Positions 1-9,512 of a stretch of 64,000 bases of DNA are shown here, one piece after another; the first letter of the stretch is position 1; each line of letters starts with the position of its first letter. Position numbers and translations under genes: made by a program. The DNA comes from Bacteroidota bacterium (GTDB lineage Bacteria; Bacteroidota; Bacteroidia; Flavobacteriales; Flavobacteriaceae). The notes below the pieces were generated by a model. It had not been told where the DNA came from. It did not search any database and saw only the letters and a program-made list of their open reading frames with translations. The DNA is taken from contig JAQCIQ010000009.1 in the NCBI GenBank assembly GCA_027592025.1, positions 14,376-78,375 on the forward strand, written 5' to 3'.

Positions 1-501
1 GCTGCAACAATTGCTATTGCTGAATTGCATGGCCCAGTCTATTTGCGTTTTGGTCGCCCTAAGGTGCCCAATTTTACTCCTGACGACCAAAAATTTGAAA
101 TAGGCAAAGCCGTTCTTCTCACAGAAGGCACCGACGTCACTATAGTAGCAACAGGACATTTGGTGTGGGAGGCACTCGAAGCAGCAAAATCCTTAAAAGA
201 ACAAGGGATTTCGGCAGAGGTTTTGAACATTCATACCATCAAACCCCTTGACGACGATGCTATCCTTTCATCTGTCGTTAAAACAGGGTGTTTAGTTTCG
301 GCTGAAGAACACAATTTTCTGGGTGGATTGGGTGAAAGTGTTGCCAGAGTATTAGCTCTGCATCATCCTGTTCCACAAGAGTTTGTTGCAACAAATGACA
401 CTTTTGGAGAATCAGGTACTCCAGAACAACTCATGGAAAAATATGGGCTTAATGCCGCTTCTATCGAAGCGAAAGCCAAACAGGTGGTTAATCGAAAATA
501 A
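1..501 (+). CDS. Transketolase C-terminal subunit (5' end outside window)
   Basis: Frame 1 is open from base 1, so the track start at 25 is an internal TTG. VTIVATGHLVWEALEAAKSLKEQGISAEVLNIHTIKPLDDDAI...SAEEHNFLGGLGESVA matches the C-terminal domains of split two-subunit transketolases. Confidence 0.8.
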   Translation, partial: AATIAIAELHGPVYLRFGRPKVPNFTPDDQKFEIGKAVLLTEGTDVTIVATGHLVWEALEAAKSLKEQGISAEVLNIHTIKPLDDDAILSSVVKTGCLVSAEEHNFLGGLGESVARVLALHHPVPQEFVATNDTFGESGTPEQLMEKYGLNAASIEAKAKQVVNRK

Positions 502-508
502 ACATGAG

Positions 509-1480
509 CTAATCCAGTCTAGAGCCAGTAGAATCAGTGTCTAGGTAGTTAGGAATGCCGTCGTTATCCGAATCGTCATTCGTTGGATCACCATCCCCAA
601 TATCATTCGTCGGGTCGCCATCCCCGTCTCGGTCCACGGTGAGATCAGTGTCAGGCTCCAAATCTTCGTCTTTGGTCAACACGCCATCTCCGTCGTCGTC
701 AGCATCATTGAAGTTATATCTAAAATCATTGTCTGTGTCGTCAGTTGCCAAATTCATATCGCCGTCTAAATCTTCGAGATAAGAAGGAATATTGTCCAAA
801 TCATGGTCATTAACACTTGATTGAAGTAAGGTAAACGAAAAAACTAAATTGGTATAAGGGGGAATCGCTCCGTTGCCGTCAAAATAGGCCAATCCTGAAG
901 GAAGAAACATCACGCCAACGCCTGGATTGGAATAGGTCACTGTCCCGTCATTATTGGTAACATAGCCGTCGGCTACATTGAATTGAGGCAAAACCCTGCT
1001 CCATCCCGCCACCAAATAGGTCAAATCTAACTCCTCAGGATTGATACGACTGTCGAAAATAGAACCATCAAAATAAGACCCCTTGTATTGCACTCTGACA
1101 TCATCAGAAAAATGCGGGCGTTCTTCTCCACCACCTTGTCGAACTCGGAGGATATAGTATTCGTAGTCCACTCCCAAGTAGGAGGTCGTGTGAGTTTCTA
1201 CGGCATTAATTAAAAGTGTTTGATTATCAGGATCAGGCAATTGACCATCTGCTGGTAGGACTTCGATTTGAATGTCGCTATCGATTGGATTGCTCATGGC
1301 AGCTAACTCCCCTGAGTTGTAATAGTGAGTTGAGAGGTAGCTCTGAAGAGAATCCCTGTCAATAACTTGCTGCTCAGCTCTGTCTCTTAGGGGAATCTCT
1401 TGGACGGGGTCATCTGGAGAACATGCCAAATAAAGTCCTAACCCTAAAAAAACAATTAAAAATCTTCGCAATCCTAACAT
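509..1480 (-). CDS. Probable lipoprotein with an FKBP-like PPIase fold plus acidic thrombospondin-type-3-like Ca-binding repeats
   Basis: Signal peptide ending LGLYLAC|S. Residues ~120-220 (VRVQYKGSYFDGSIFDS...VAGWSRVLPQF...MFLPSGLAYF...LVFSFTLL) follow the FKBP_C pattern. Residues ~236-316 carry DxDxDG-type loops (DADDDGDGV, DRDGDGDPTND, GDGDPTNDD, DNDGIPNYLDTD). Confidence 0.6.
   Translation of the reverse strand: MLGLRRFLIVFLGLGLYLACSPDDPVQEIPLRDRAEQQVIDRDSLQSYLSTHYYNSGELAAMSNPIDSDIQIEVLPADGQLPDPDNQTLLINAVETHTTSYLGVDYEYYILRVRQGGGEERPHFSDDVRVQYKGSYFDGSIFDSRINPEELDLTYLVAGWSRVLPQFNVADGYVTNNDGTVTYSNPGVGVMFLPSGLAYFDGNGAIPPYTNLVFSFTLLQSSVNDHDLDNIPSYLEDLDGDMNLATDDTDNDFRYNFNDADDDGDGVLTKDEDLEPDTDLTVDRDGDGDPTNDIGDGDPTNDDSDNDGIPNYLDTDSTGSRLD
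533..775 (-). repeat. Imperfect tandem coding repeats encoding acidic Asp/Gly loops
   Basis: Reiterated units of the form attcgtYggRtcRccatcccc are visible around 575-640. They encode the DGDPTND units of the lipoprotein C-terminus. Confidence 0.5.
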
Positions 1481-1565
1481 CTTTTATTTTTTTCTTGTCT
1501 GTAGCAAAAACTGTTCCTTACGTTCGCAGCTCAGATAATTAGACGTGCAAGATACAATTTTATTG

Positions 1566-1573
1566 TATTTTTG
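1566..1573 (+). promoter_or_regulatory. Candidate Bacteroidota -7 promoter box (TAnnTTTG)
   Basis: TATTTTTG, 16 nt upstream of the ATG at 1590. Confidence 0.4.
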
Positions 1574-1589
1574 ATCGAACAATTTACTT

Positions 1590-1961
1590 ATGCGAGTCGA
1601 TAAATTTTTGTGGTGTACACGATATTTTAAATCGAGGTCAATAGCATCTGAGGCCTGTAGAAAGGGTCACGTTAAATTGAGAGGGAAATCCATCAAACCG
1701 AGTCATGAGGTTTTTGCTCAAGACCATTTAGTGGTTAGAAAGAATCAAATCAACTATGAATTGATAATTTTAGACACACCTGACAGTCGTGTTGGAGCTG
1801 CATTGGTAGATATTTACCGCAAAGATAAGACCCCAGCAGACGCCTTTAAATCCCAAGAAATGCTAAAATCAGCTTCCGAGCATCATCGTCTCAAGGGACT
1901 GGGGCGGCCAACCAAAAAAGATCGGAGAAATTTGGACGACTACAACGAACAAATTGACTAA
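1590..1961 (+). CDS. S4-domain RNA-binding protein (Hsp15/HslR-like)
   Basis: MRVDKFLWCTRYFKSRSIASEACRKGHVKLRGKSIKPSHEV is an S4 domain. The small size and basic C-terminal tail fit this family. Confidence 0.75.
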   Translation: MRVDKFLWCTRYFKSRSIASEACRKGHVKLRGKSIKPSHEVFAQDHLVVRKNQINYELIILDTPDSRVGAALVDIYRKDKTPADAFKSQEMLKSASEHHRLKGLGRPTKKDRRNLDDYNEQID

Positions 1962-1984
1962 CTTTATACCTAATTCATTCACTT

Positions 1985-2482
1985 ATGAAGGAAGCTGTCA
2001 TTCTCAATGACCAACAAATTAGAGCCAAAATCAAACGCATTGCGTTTCAAATTTTGGAATCTCACGTTGACTCGCAGAAGCTCATATTGGCTGGAATTGC
2101 ATCGGGAGGATATGTTTTGGCACAATTGATTGTTAAAGAGTTGTCCAAGATTTCTGATATTGAAATCTCACTTTGCGAAGTAGTCATGGATAAATCCAAA
2201 CCTAACGGCCCGATAGTCACCAGCCTGAGTCCAACAGAATATCAAAATCAGTGTATTGTTTTGGTGGATGACGTTTTGAATTCTGGTACCACCTTGATAT
2301 ACGGCGTCTGCCACTTCCTTCAAGTACCGCTTCTCCAATTCAAAACGGCCGTGTTGGTTGATCGCAGTCACAAAAAATATCCGGTCAAAGCCGACTTCAA
2401 AGGCATTTCACTCTCTACTTCAATACAAGAAACTGTAAAAGTAGATTTGACCAGTAAACTATTCAGTGCGGTTTTGAAGTAG
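1985..2482 (+). CDS. Phosphoribosyltransferase family protein (PyrR-like)
   Basis: PRPP-binding loop VLVDDVLNSGTT and type I PRTase layout, 165 aa. Confidence 0.7.
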   Translation: MKEAVILNDQQIRAKIKRIAFQILESHVDSQKLILAGIASGGYVLAQLIVKELSKISDIEISLCEVVMDKSKPNGPIVTSLSPTEYQNQCIVLVDDVLNSGTTLIYGVCHFLQVPLLQFKTAVLVDRSHKKYPVKADFKGISLSTSIQETVKVDLTSKLFSAVLK

Positions 2483-2992
2483 CTGGAGACATTCTGCGGT
2501 TACCTCTTCTAAACTTTTATCATCCACAGCTACGACCTGATGACTTTGTTCGTAATAAAAACTGCGTTCAAAAAGGTGTTTTGCTATGAACTCTTCCTTC
2601 GACAAACTGTCCTTTAGAAAGTCCAAAAGTGGCCTTGATTGTTTTGAAGATTCCAATCTTTTAACAATTGTTTGAATATTGGCTTTCAAATAAATGATTT
2701 TGACTTGAGGTTGAGCAAGCATGTAGGCCGTGTTGTCGCCATAACAAGGTGTGCCGCCACCTAATGCAATGACTGTATTTCCTTCTCGCGAAAGCACATT
2801 TTCGAGAACTTGACGTTCGACCCTTCTAAAATAGAGTTCTCCAGAGTTTGAGAAAATTTCAGAAACCGTTCGAGATTCATGCTCAGAAATGCATTGGTCA
2901 AGATCCAAAAAAGCCATAGAGCTCGATTTTGAAAGGCGTAAGCCAACGGCAGACTTGCCAGAACCCATATAACCACAAAGGATAATTTTCAT
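2459..2992 (-). CDS. aroK: Shikimate kinase
   Basis: MKIILCGYMGSGKSAVG (Walker A) and LGGGTPC. The start is moved to the ATG at 2992 because the track's 14-aa extension (MIFFCSFT..) reads through AT-rich upstream DNA. Confidence 0.85.
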   Translation of the reverse strand: MKIILCGYMGSGKSAVGLRLSKSSSMAFLDLDQCISEHESRTVSEIFSNSGELYFRRVERQVLENVLSREGNTVIALGGGTPCYGDNTAYMLAQPQVKIIYLKANIQTIVKRLESSKQSRPLLDFLKDSLSKEEFIAKHLFERSFYYEQSHQVVAVDDKSLEEVTAECLQLLQNRTE

Positions 2993-3061
2993 AACGAATA
3001 AATTTCGTTCAGTAAAAGAACAAAAAAATATCAAAACGGTTGCTTAATGTTTGAAACCTCT

Positions 3062-3069
3062 TATCTTTG
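3062..3069 (+). promoter_or_regulatory. Candidate -7 promoter box for the tRNA pair
   Basis: TATCTTTG, 16 nt upstream of the tRNA-Lys 5' end. A TTG lies about 19 nt further upstream at 3040-3042. Confidence 0.45.
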
Positions 3070-3085
3070 CCACCTCATTAAAAAA

Positions 3086-3158
3086 GACCTGGTAGCTCAG
3101 CTGGTAGAGCAATACACTTTTAATGTATGGGTCCTGGGTTCGAATCCCAGCCAGGTCA
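3086..3158 (+). tRNA. tRNA-Lys (anticodon UUU)
   Basis: Hand-folded cloverleaf: acceptor GACCTGG/CCAGGTC, D arm GCTCAGCTGGTAGAGC, anticodon stem ATACA/TGTAT with loop CTTTTAA, T arm CTGGGTTCGAATCCCAG, discriminator A. No encoded CCA. Confidence 0.9.
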
Positions 3159-3200
3159 CTTTTTTATTTGATTTTTTCCTTTTCTTATTGACCCCTTTGA

Positions 3201-3285
3201 GCGCACGTGGCGGAATTGGTAGACGCGTTAGGTTGAGGGCCTAATGACCGCTTAGGTCGTGGAAGTTCGAGTCTTCTCGTGCGCA
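3201..3285 (+). tRNA. tRNA-Leu (anticodon GAG), class II with long variable arm
   Basis: Acceptor GCGCACG/CGTGCGC, D arm GCGGAATTGGTAGACGC, anticodon stem TTAGG/CCTAA with loop TTGAGGG, long variable arm, T arm GGAAGTTCGAGTCTTCT. Confidence 0.9.
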
Positions 3286-3321
3286 CTTCAAGTCTTTTTT
3301 TTCTTCCCCGTTGTTTTTGCT

Positions 3322-3329
3322 TACTTTTG
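3322..3329 (+). promoter_or_regulatory. Candidate -7 promoter box upstream of the MerR stub and crt cluster
   Basis: TACTTTTG, 21 nt upstream of the ATG at 3351. Confidence 0.4.
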
Positions 3330-3350
3330 TTTAATATTTATGCCATAACA

Positions 3351-3596
3351 ATGAACAATGTTAAAAATCAATTTAGCATTAAAGATTTAAAAAACATCAG
3401 CGGCATTAAAGCTCACAACAATAGAATCTGCGAAAAAAGGCACCAATTACTCCATCCCGAAGGCAGAAATTGCAATAAACGCTTCCACATTCTTTCCAAT
3501 TTGCAAAAATTATTGAACGCGATGCATTACAATAAAGAAATGCGTATCTCAAAAATTGCCTGTATGCCAGATGTAGAATTAAACAAACTTATTTAG
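3351..3596 (+). CDS. Truncated MerR-family HTH stub (N-terminal DNA-binding domain only), possibly a decaying relic
   Basis: MNNVKNQFSIKDLKNISGIKAHNNRICEKRHQLLHPEG...LQKLLN resembles the N-terminus of the MerR regulators that precede flavobacterial crt clusters. It stops after 81 codons. The track ORF start at 3279 overlaps tRNA-Leu and is rejected. Confidence 0.45.
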   Translation: MNNVKNQFSIKDLKNISGIKAHNNRICEKRHQLLHPEGRNCNKRFHILSNLQKLLNAMHYNKEMRISKIACMPDVELNKLI

Positions 3597-3651
3597 AAAA
3601 AATTAAAATGTTTGAAAGTATATAGCAACTCATACAAACCATTTAACAATT

Positions 3652-5112
3652 ATGTCAAAAAAACAAACTATAATAATAGGATCAGGTTTTTCGGCTCTGG
3701 CGGCATCCTCATACCTCGCGAAATCTGGGCATCAGGTCACCGTTTTGGAGAAAAACGCCCAAATTGGAGGCCGAGCCCGTCAGCTCAAAAGAGACGGATT
3801 CACTTTTGACATTGGACCAACTTGGTATTGGATGCCCGATGTTTTTGAACGTTTCTTCGCAGACTTTGGCAAACTACCAAGTGACTATTACAGTTTGGAA
3901 AAATTGAGCCCGGCCTATAGTGTATATTTTGGTCAAAACGATAGAATCACTATTGGAGACACCTTGGATAAGATCTGTGAAGCCTTCGAAGCAGAAGAAC
4001 CAGGCAGTTCTGTCGTGTTAAGAAAATTTATCGATAAAGCGAAAAAAAACTATGACATAGCTATAAAGGACTTAGTATACCGTCCAGGTTTGTCGCCTAT
4101 TGAATTGGTCACTCCTCAAACAGCTGTCAGAGTTGGACAGTTTTTTAGTACCATCCAAAAAGATGTGCGAAGAGCATTTAAAAATGAAAGGCTGGCCCTT
4201 ATTCTAGAATTTCCAGTTCTTTTTTTAGGCGCCAAGGCTTCTAAAACTCCTGGGTTTTATTCTTTCATGAACTATGCCGATTTTGGTATTGGAACTTTTC
4301 ATCCCAAAAAAGGAATGTATGAAGTCGTCAAAGGCATGGCCTCTTTGGCAGAAGAACTTGGCGTGACCATTCAAACAGGGATGAATGTGGAAGAAATTCT
4401 TTTAGAGAATGGCAAAGCCATTGGCGTTATGGCCAATGGGCAAAAACACTTGGCCGATGTAATTCTGAGCGGCGCTGATTACCACCACAGTGAGACATTA
4501 TTGCCAGAACGTTTCAGGCAATATTCGGAGTCCTATTGGGAAAAAAAGACATTCGCACCTTCGTCCCTATTGTTCTACATCGGATTCGATAAAAAATTGA
4601 AGAACGTAGACCACCACACTCTATTTTTTGATGTAGATTTTGAAAAGCACGCTGCGACCATCTACGATGATGCCAAATGGCCAGAAGAGCCTCTGTTCTA
4701 TGCCAGTTTTCCAAGTATTACTGACGATAACGCAGCACCTCAAGGACAGGAGGCTGGCATTTTTTTGATTCCCATCGCTCCAGGAATCGAGGACACACCC
4801 GAAATCAGAGCAGTATTTTTGGATAAAATCCTTACCCGATTTGAGTCTCTTACTCAACAAAATGTGAAAAATAGCATTATATTTGCTGAATCGTTCTGTG
4901 TTAATGATTTTGTCAAGGATTACAATTCCTACAAAGGAAATGCATACGGTATGGCTAACACTCTGCTTCAAACGGCTTTTTTACGGCCTAAGTTACAGAG
5001 TAAAAAAGTAAAAAGTTTATTCTTTACTGGCCAACTGAGCGTCCCTGGTCCTGGCGTCCCTCCTTCCTTAATATCAGGAAAATTGGTCGCCGACTTGATC
5101 AACAAAGCCTAG
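3652..5112 (+). CDS. crtI: Phytoene desaturase
   Basis: N-terminal FAD fold IIIGSGFSALAASSYLAKSGHQVTVLEKN..GGR, 486 aa, directly followed by crtB. Confidence 0.9.
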   Translation: MSKKQTIIIGSGFSALAASSYLAKSGHQVTVLEKNAQIGGRARQLKRDGFTFDIGPTWYWMPDVFERFFADFGKLPSDYYSLEKLSPAYSVYFGQNDRITIGDTLDKICEAFEAEEPGSSVVLRKFIDKAKKNYDIAIKDLVYRPGLSPIELVTPQTAVRVGQFFSTIQKDVRRAFKNERLALILEFPVLFLGAKASKTPGFYSFMNYADFGIGTFHPKKGMYEVVKGMASLAEELGVTIQTGMNVEEILLENGKAIGVMANGQKHLADVILSGADYHHSETLLPERFRQYSESYWEKKTFAPSSLLFYIGFDKKLKNVDHHTLFFDVDFEKHAATIYDDAKWPEEPLFYASFPSITDDNAAPQGQEAGIFLIPIAPGIEDTPEIRAVFLDKILTRFESLTQQNVKNSIIFAESFCVNDFVKDYNSYKGNAYGMANTLLQTAFLRPKLQSKKVKSLFFTGQLSVPGPGVPPSLISGKLVADLINKA

Positions 5113-5159
5113 TCGATTGGTCCCCACCTACCCTGAAAATACTTACTCATAGAGTAACT

Positions 5160-5999
5160 ATGAAACAAGTATTTGACGACATTTCGTACCGTTGTAATCG
5201 AATGGTTACAACAACATACAGCACTTCCTTTGGCATGGCTACGAAAATGTTGGCCTCTTCCATTAGGCAGGACATCTATAACATCTATGGATTTGTCCGT
5301 TTGGCAGATGAGATTGTCGATTCGTTTCACGACTTCGACAAAAAGACTCTTCTTGACCGATTTGAAGTCAGTCTATATGAAGCCTTTGATGAACACATCA
5401 GTGTTAACCCAATTTTAAACGCTTTTCAACACACTTATCACAAGTGTAATATCGATCGTCAGTTTGTCGAAGCCTTCATGCACAGCATGAGGTTGGACTT
5501 GACCAAATCACAATACCTGACTTTGGAAGAATATCAAAACTATATTTACGGTTCTGCTGACGTGGTTGGTTTGATGTGCCTAAAGGTATTTGTGAAAGGT
5601 GACCAAAAGCAATTTGACGCTCTAAAGAATTCGGCCATGTCATTGGGATCGGCCTTTCAAAAAGTCAACTTTTTGAGAGACCTCAAGGCCGATTATGAAG
5701 GACTCAACAGAACTTATTTCCCTGGGACAGATTTGAGTAGGCTGGATGAAGAATCTAAGAATGCGATTATTCTTGATATTGAAAGCGATTTTGCCAAAGG
5801 TTTGGCAGGAATTCGTCAATTGCCGATGGAAGCCAGATTTGGCGTATTCATGGCTTACCGCTATTATTCAAAGCTCCTGCAAAAACTTAAAAAGACCCCT
5901 GCTACGGACATCAAAAACGCCCGGATCAGAGTGTCTAATCACAAAAAAATTATCCTCCTAACAAGGAGTTATGTCAAGTATCAACTGAATCTCATTTAA
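5160..5999 (+). CDS. crtB: Phytoene synthase
   Basis: Squalene/phytoene synthase layout with Asp-rich segments (YGFVRLADEIVD, YGSADVVG..., FLRDLKAD), 279 aa. Confidence 0.9.
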   Translation: MKQVFDDISYRCNRMVTTTYSTSFGMATKMLASSIRQDIYNIYGFVRLADEIVDSFHDFDKKTLLDRFEVSLYEAFDEHISVNPILNAFQHTYHKCNIDRQFVEAFMHSMRLDLTKSQYLTLEEYQNYIYGSADVVGLMCLKVFVKGDQKQFDALKNSAMSLGSAFQKVNFLRDLKADYEGLNRTYFPGTDLSRLDEESKNAIILDIESDFAKGLAGIRQLPMEARFGVFMAYRYYSKLLQKLKKTPATDIKNARIRVSNHKKIILLTRSYVKYQLNLI

Positions 6000-6010
6000 A
6001 CCTACTCTTT

Positions 6011-6460
6011 ATGCAAACAGCTCTTTGGATCGGCATATACTTAGCTACATTTTTTTCTATGGAATTCATGGCCTGGTTTACCCACAAATATGTTATGCAT
6101 GGATTTCTTTGGCATATTCATGCGGATCATCACAAAAAGGACCACGACAGTTGGTTTGAGCGGAATGACTTGTTTTTTATCTTCTACGCTGTGGTCAGTA
6201 TGGGCTGCATTATACTTTGGAGCGAGTATGGGGTTTGGTTTGCTTTACCGATAGGAATAGGTATTTTTAGCTACGGTTTAGCCTATTTCATGGTTCATGA
6301 TATTTTTATACATCAGCGTTTCAAAATATTCAAAAAGGCCGATAATATATACGCAAAAGGCATTCGCAGAGCTCATAAAATTCATCACAAACATATAGGC
6401 AAGAAAGAAGGGGAAAATTTCGGGATGCTCATTGTACCATTCAAATATTTTAAAAATTAA
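6011..6460 (+). CDS. crtZ: Beta-carotene 3-hydroxylase (fatty-acid-hydroxylase superfamily)
   Basis: His boxes HKYVMH, HADHHK, HDIFIHQR and HKIHHKH in a ~150-aa membrane protein, in crt cluster context. Confidence 0.85.
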   Translation: MQTALWIGIYLATFFSMEFMAWFTHKYVMHGFLWHIHADHHKKDHDSWFERNDLFFIFYAVVSMGCIILWSEYGVWFALPIGIGIFSYGLAYFMVHDIFIHQRFKIFKKADNIYAKGIRRAHKIHHKHIGKKEGENFGMLIVPFKYFKN

Positions 6461-6464
6461 ATCA

Positions 6465-7166
6465 ATGCAGTATTTATATCTACTGCTCAATTTAGGGGCA
6501 ATTTTGGTTCCACTCATCTTCAGCTTTCATCCGAAATTAAAATTCTATAAAATGTGGCCTGCTCTAGGTCTAAGTATAATTTTTAATATGGTCCTTTTTA
6601 TTCCTTGGGATCACATTTTTACAGTCAATGGATTTTGGGGATTTGACAGTAACTATCTGAGTGGCTATAGTTTTTTAGAACTTCCTTTAGAAGAATGGCT
6701 CTTTTTTATTTGCATTCCCTATGCCTGTGTGTTCATGCATCATGCCATTTTGGTTTTTCACCGAAAAAGACGTTTGCCTGTCAGGTTAACCCATGTTGTT
6801 AGTGGACTATTGATTTTAGCGTTGGCAATCTCTATTGTCAAGTATCACGACCGCTGGTACACTGTGATCAATTTCGCTTATGGGATTCTATTACTGAGCA
6901 TAATAGTTTGGAAAAGGAATGATTTGCTTCAACATTACTACCTCACCTTTATATTCATGCTTATTCCATTTTTCATTATTAATGGCATATTGACAGGCAC
7001 AGGGATTGAAGATCCTATTGTTTGGTATAATAATTTTGAAAACATTGGTCTTAGACTAGGAACTATCCCAATTGAAGACACCATATACGCCTTTACCCTT
7101 ATATTAGGGAATCTGGCCATGACAGATTACTTCCACCAAAAATTGGGAAAATTGACCGATTATTGA
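6465..7166 (+). CDS. Lycopene cyclase domain protein (fused CrtYc/CrtYd-type)
   Basis: Polytopic membrane protein with two copies of the PxE(E/D) motif (LPLEEWLFF and [10 protein letters not shown]). The start is taken at the ATG at 6465 ([11 protein letters not shown]), 4 nt after the crtZ stop. Confidence 0.75.
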   Translation: MQYLYLLLNLGAILVPLIFSFHPKLKFYKMWPALGLSIIFNMVLFIPWDHIFTVNGFWGFDSNYLSGYSFLELPLEEWLFFICIPYACVFMHHAILVFHRKRRLPVRLTHVVSGLLILALAISIVKYHDRWYTVINFAYGILLLSIIVWKRNDLLQHYYLTFIFMLIPFFIINGILTGTGIEDPIVWYNNFENIGLRLGTIPIEDTIYAFTLILGNLAMTDYFHQKLGKLTDY

Positions 7167-9421
7167 TTTTGTAACTTGATCAAATTCAGCGCCGATCCAG
7201 CCATAAACCACTCAATCTGACTCTCATTATAAGAGTGATTTGCTACAATGATGTCAGAAGATCCATCGGCGTGATTGACTTTAATATTCAATGGAACTCC
7301 TGGCCGAAATGATGCCAAATCAATGAAATCGAAAGTATCATCCTCTTGTATTTTGTCGTAATCAGATTCTGTGGCAAATGTTAGACCGAGCATCCCTTGC
7401 TTTTTGAGATTGGTTTCGTGAATGCGTGCAAAAGACTTGACCAAAACTGCTACTACGCCAAGATGACGTGGCTCCATAGCAGCGTGCTCTCTCGACGATC
7501 CTTCTCCGTAATTGTGATCTCCAACCACTATAGAAGGAATAGCGTTGGCCTTGTATTGGCGTTGTACTTTCGGAACCGCATCATAACCTCCAGTCAACTG
7601 ATTCTTAACAAAATTGGTTTGCTGGTTAAAGGCATTGACAGCCCCTATCAAACAGTTGTCAGATATATTATCAAGATGACCTCGATATCTCAACCAAGGG
7701 CCCGCCATAGAAATGTGATCGGTTGTACATTTTCCGTAAGCCTTGATGAGCAATTTCGCACCTTGAATATCAGTTCCAATCGGCTTGAAGAGATCAAGAA
7801 GTTGAAGTCGTTTTGAATCTGGGTCGACTTTAACTGTTACGGCATCGCCATTCTCTCCAGGAGGGATAAACCCAGCGTCTTCGACAGCGAAACCACGGAC
7901 TGGCAATTCGTATCCAGTTGGCTCGTCTAACCTCACTTCTTGACCTTCAGAATTGGTCAAGGTATCGGTAATCGGGTTAAAATCTAAACGACCTGAAATG
8001 GCTATGGCTGCCACCATTTCTGGAGAAGTCACAAAGGCGTGAGTGTTAGGGTTTCCATCGGCACGCTTGGCAAAATTGCGATTGAAAGAGTGGACAATCG
8101 TGTTTCGAGGTGATTTATCGGCGCCTTCTCTTGCCCATTGACCGATACAAGGACCACAAGCGTTAGTAAATATAACAGCGTCCAATTGTTCAAACACGTT
8201 CAGAATACCGTCTCGTTCAGCGGTATATCGCACCTGTTCCGAACCTGGATTGATTCCAAAATCGGCTTTGGTTTTTAGCTTTTTATCAACCGCCTGTTGA
8301 GCGATAGATGCAGCTCTAGACAAATCTTCGTAGGAGGAGTTGGTACAAGAGCCGATTAAACCCCATTCTACATCGACAGGCCAATCATTGGTCTTGGCAG
8401 CGGCCTTCATTTGACTTATTGGGGTAGCTAAGTCAGGTGTAAATGGCCCATTGACATGTGGCTCCAAAGTCGATAAATCAATTTCAATAACTTGATCGAA
8501 ATATTTCTCAGGATTGGCATAAACCTCAGCATCAGCAGTCAAATATGGGCGGATCTCATTGGCAGCATCAGCCACATCAGATCGATGTGTTGCACGCAAA
8601 TACCGCTCCATGGAGTCGTCATAACCAAAAGTTGAAGTCGTTGCTCCTATTTCGGCTCCCATATTGCAAATTGTACCTTTACCAGTGCACGACATGGCCA
8701 ATGCTCCCGGTCCAAAATATTCTACAATACATCCCGTTCCACCTTTTACGGTCAGTATTCCAGCTACTTTGAGGATAACATCTTTGGGTGCTGTCCATCC
8801 AGACAACTTCCCTGTCAATTTGACACCGATCAGTTTGGGGAATTTCAACTCCCAGGCCATACCTGCCATAACATCAACGGCATCCGCGCCGCCAACACCA
8901 ATCGCAACCATTCCGAGCCCACCGGCGTTTACTGTATGAGAATCAGTGCCTATCATCATTCCCCCAGGAAAAGCATAGTTTTCCAAAACTACTTGATGAA
9001 TAATTCCCGCTCCTGGCTTCCAAAATCCGATACCGTATTTTTCGGAAACAGATTGGAGAAAATTAAAAACCTCGTTCGAACTGTTGAGAGCCTCTTGCAA
9101 ATCGGCATCGGCTCCTATTTTTGCTTGAATCAGGTGGTCACAATGCACCGTTGTCGGTACTGCAACTTTTGATTTACCAGCCTGCATGAACTGCAACAAG
9201 GCCATTTGAGCGGTGGCATCTTGACAAGCAATACGATCTGGAGCGAAATCGACATAATCTGCTCCACGTTTAAAATCAGTTTGGGCTTTTCCATCCCACA
9301 AATGGCTGTACAGAATTTTTTCTGTGAGGGTCAACGGTCTTCCAGTAAGACGTTTTGCATGGTCAACTTTTTCGACCATGTTTTTGTAAACCTCTCGAAT
9401 CATATCAATATCAAAAGCCAT
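7160..9421 (-). CDS. acnA: Aconitate hydratase
   Basis: Fe-S cluster ligand regions IGTDSHT, GSCTNSS and ACGPCIGQW. Start at [11 protein letters not shown]; the upstream extension MYFCSPKF.. is a read-through of the promoter box. Confidence 0.9.
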   Translation of the reverse strand: MAFDIDMIREVYKNMVEKVDHAKRLTGRPLTLTEKILYSHLWDGKAQTDFKRGADYVDFAPDRIACQDATAQMALLQFMQAGKSKVAVPTTVHCDHLIQAKIGADADLQEALNSSNEVFNFLQSVSEKYGIGFWKPGAGIIHQVVLENYAFPGGMMIGTDSHTVNAGGLGMVAIGVGGADAVDVMAGMAWELKFPKLIGVKLTGKLSGWTAPKDVILKVAGILTVKGGTGCIVEYFGPGALAMSCTGKGTICNMGAEIGATTSTFGYDDSMERYLRATHRSDVADAANEIRPYLTADAEVYANPEKYFDQVIEIDLSTLEPHVNGPFTPDLATPISQMKAAAKTNDWPVDVEWGLIGSCTNSSYEDLSRAASIAQQAVDKKLKTKADFGINPGSEQVRYTAERDGILNVFEQLDAVIFTNACGPCIGQWAREGADKSPRNTIVHSFNRNFAKRADGNPNTHAFVTSPEMVAAIAISGRLDFNPITDTLTNSEGQEVRLDEPTGYELPVRGFAVEDAGFIPPGENGDAVTVKVDPDSKRLQLLDLFKPIGTDIQGAKLLIKAYGKCTTDHISMAGPWLRYRGHLDNISDNCLIGAVNAFNQQTNFVKNQLTGGYDAVPKVQRQYKANAIPSIVVGDHNYGEGSSREHAAMEPRHLGVVAVLVKSFARIHETNLKKQGMLGLTFATESDYDKIQEDDTFDFIDLASFRPGVPLNIKVNHADGSSDIIVANHSYNESQIEWFMAGSALNLIKLQNQ

Positions 9422-9446
9422 ATAGCGATTTTTAAATTTTGGTGAG

Positions 9447-9454
9447 CAAAAATA
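9447..9454 (-). promoter_or_regulatory. Candidate -7 promoter box for the aconitase gene
   Basis: Minus-strand TATTTTTG, 25 nt upstream of the ATG at 9421. Confidence 0.45.
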
Positions 9455-9512
9455 CAAAAAGGGAATAGCAAATACAATTTATTACCGATTCTCAACAAAC
9501 AGAAAATAATTA

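Noticed and set aside
555-782. A 75-aa Ser/Pro-rich ORF on the plus strand.
   Set aside because: It is the antisense reading of the GAT/GAC-rich Asp repeats of the 509-1480 lipoprotein gene, so it is an artefact of the repeat composition.
3047-3244. A 65-aa ORF spanning both tRNA genes, and the 5' part of ORF 3279-3596.
   Set aside because: Both overlap well-folding tRNA-Lys and tRNA-Leu cloverleaves. The tRNAs explain the sequence.
3612-3809. A 65-aa ORF overlapping the crtI start.
   Set aside because: It is out of frame with the FAD-binding N-terminus of crtI, which is clearly the real gene.
3201-7200. The carotenoid cluster as a tRNA-targeted integrative island.
   Set aside because: There is no integrase, transposase or excisionase in the window. 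By eye I found no direct repeat of the tRNA-Leu 3' end near the distal cluster boundary at ~7160. Codon and base composition look like the surrounding DNA.
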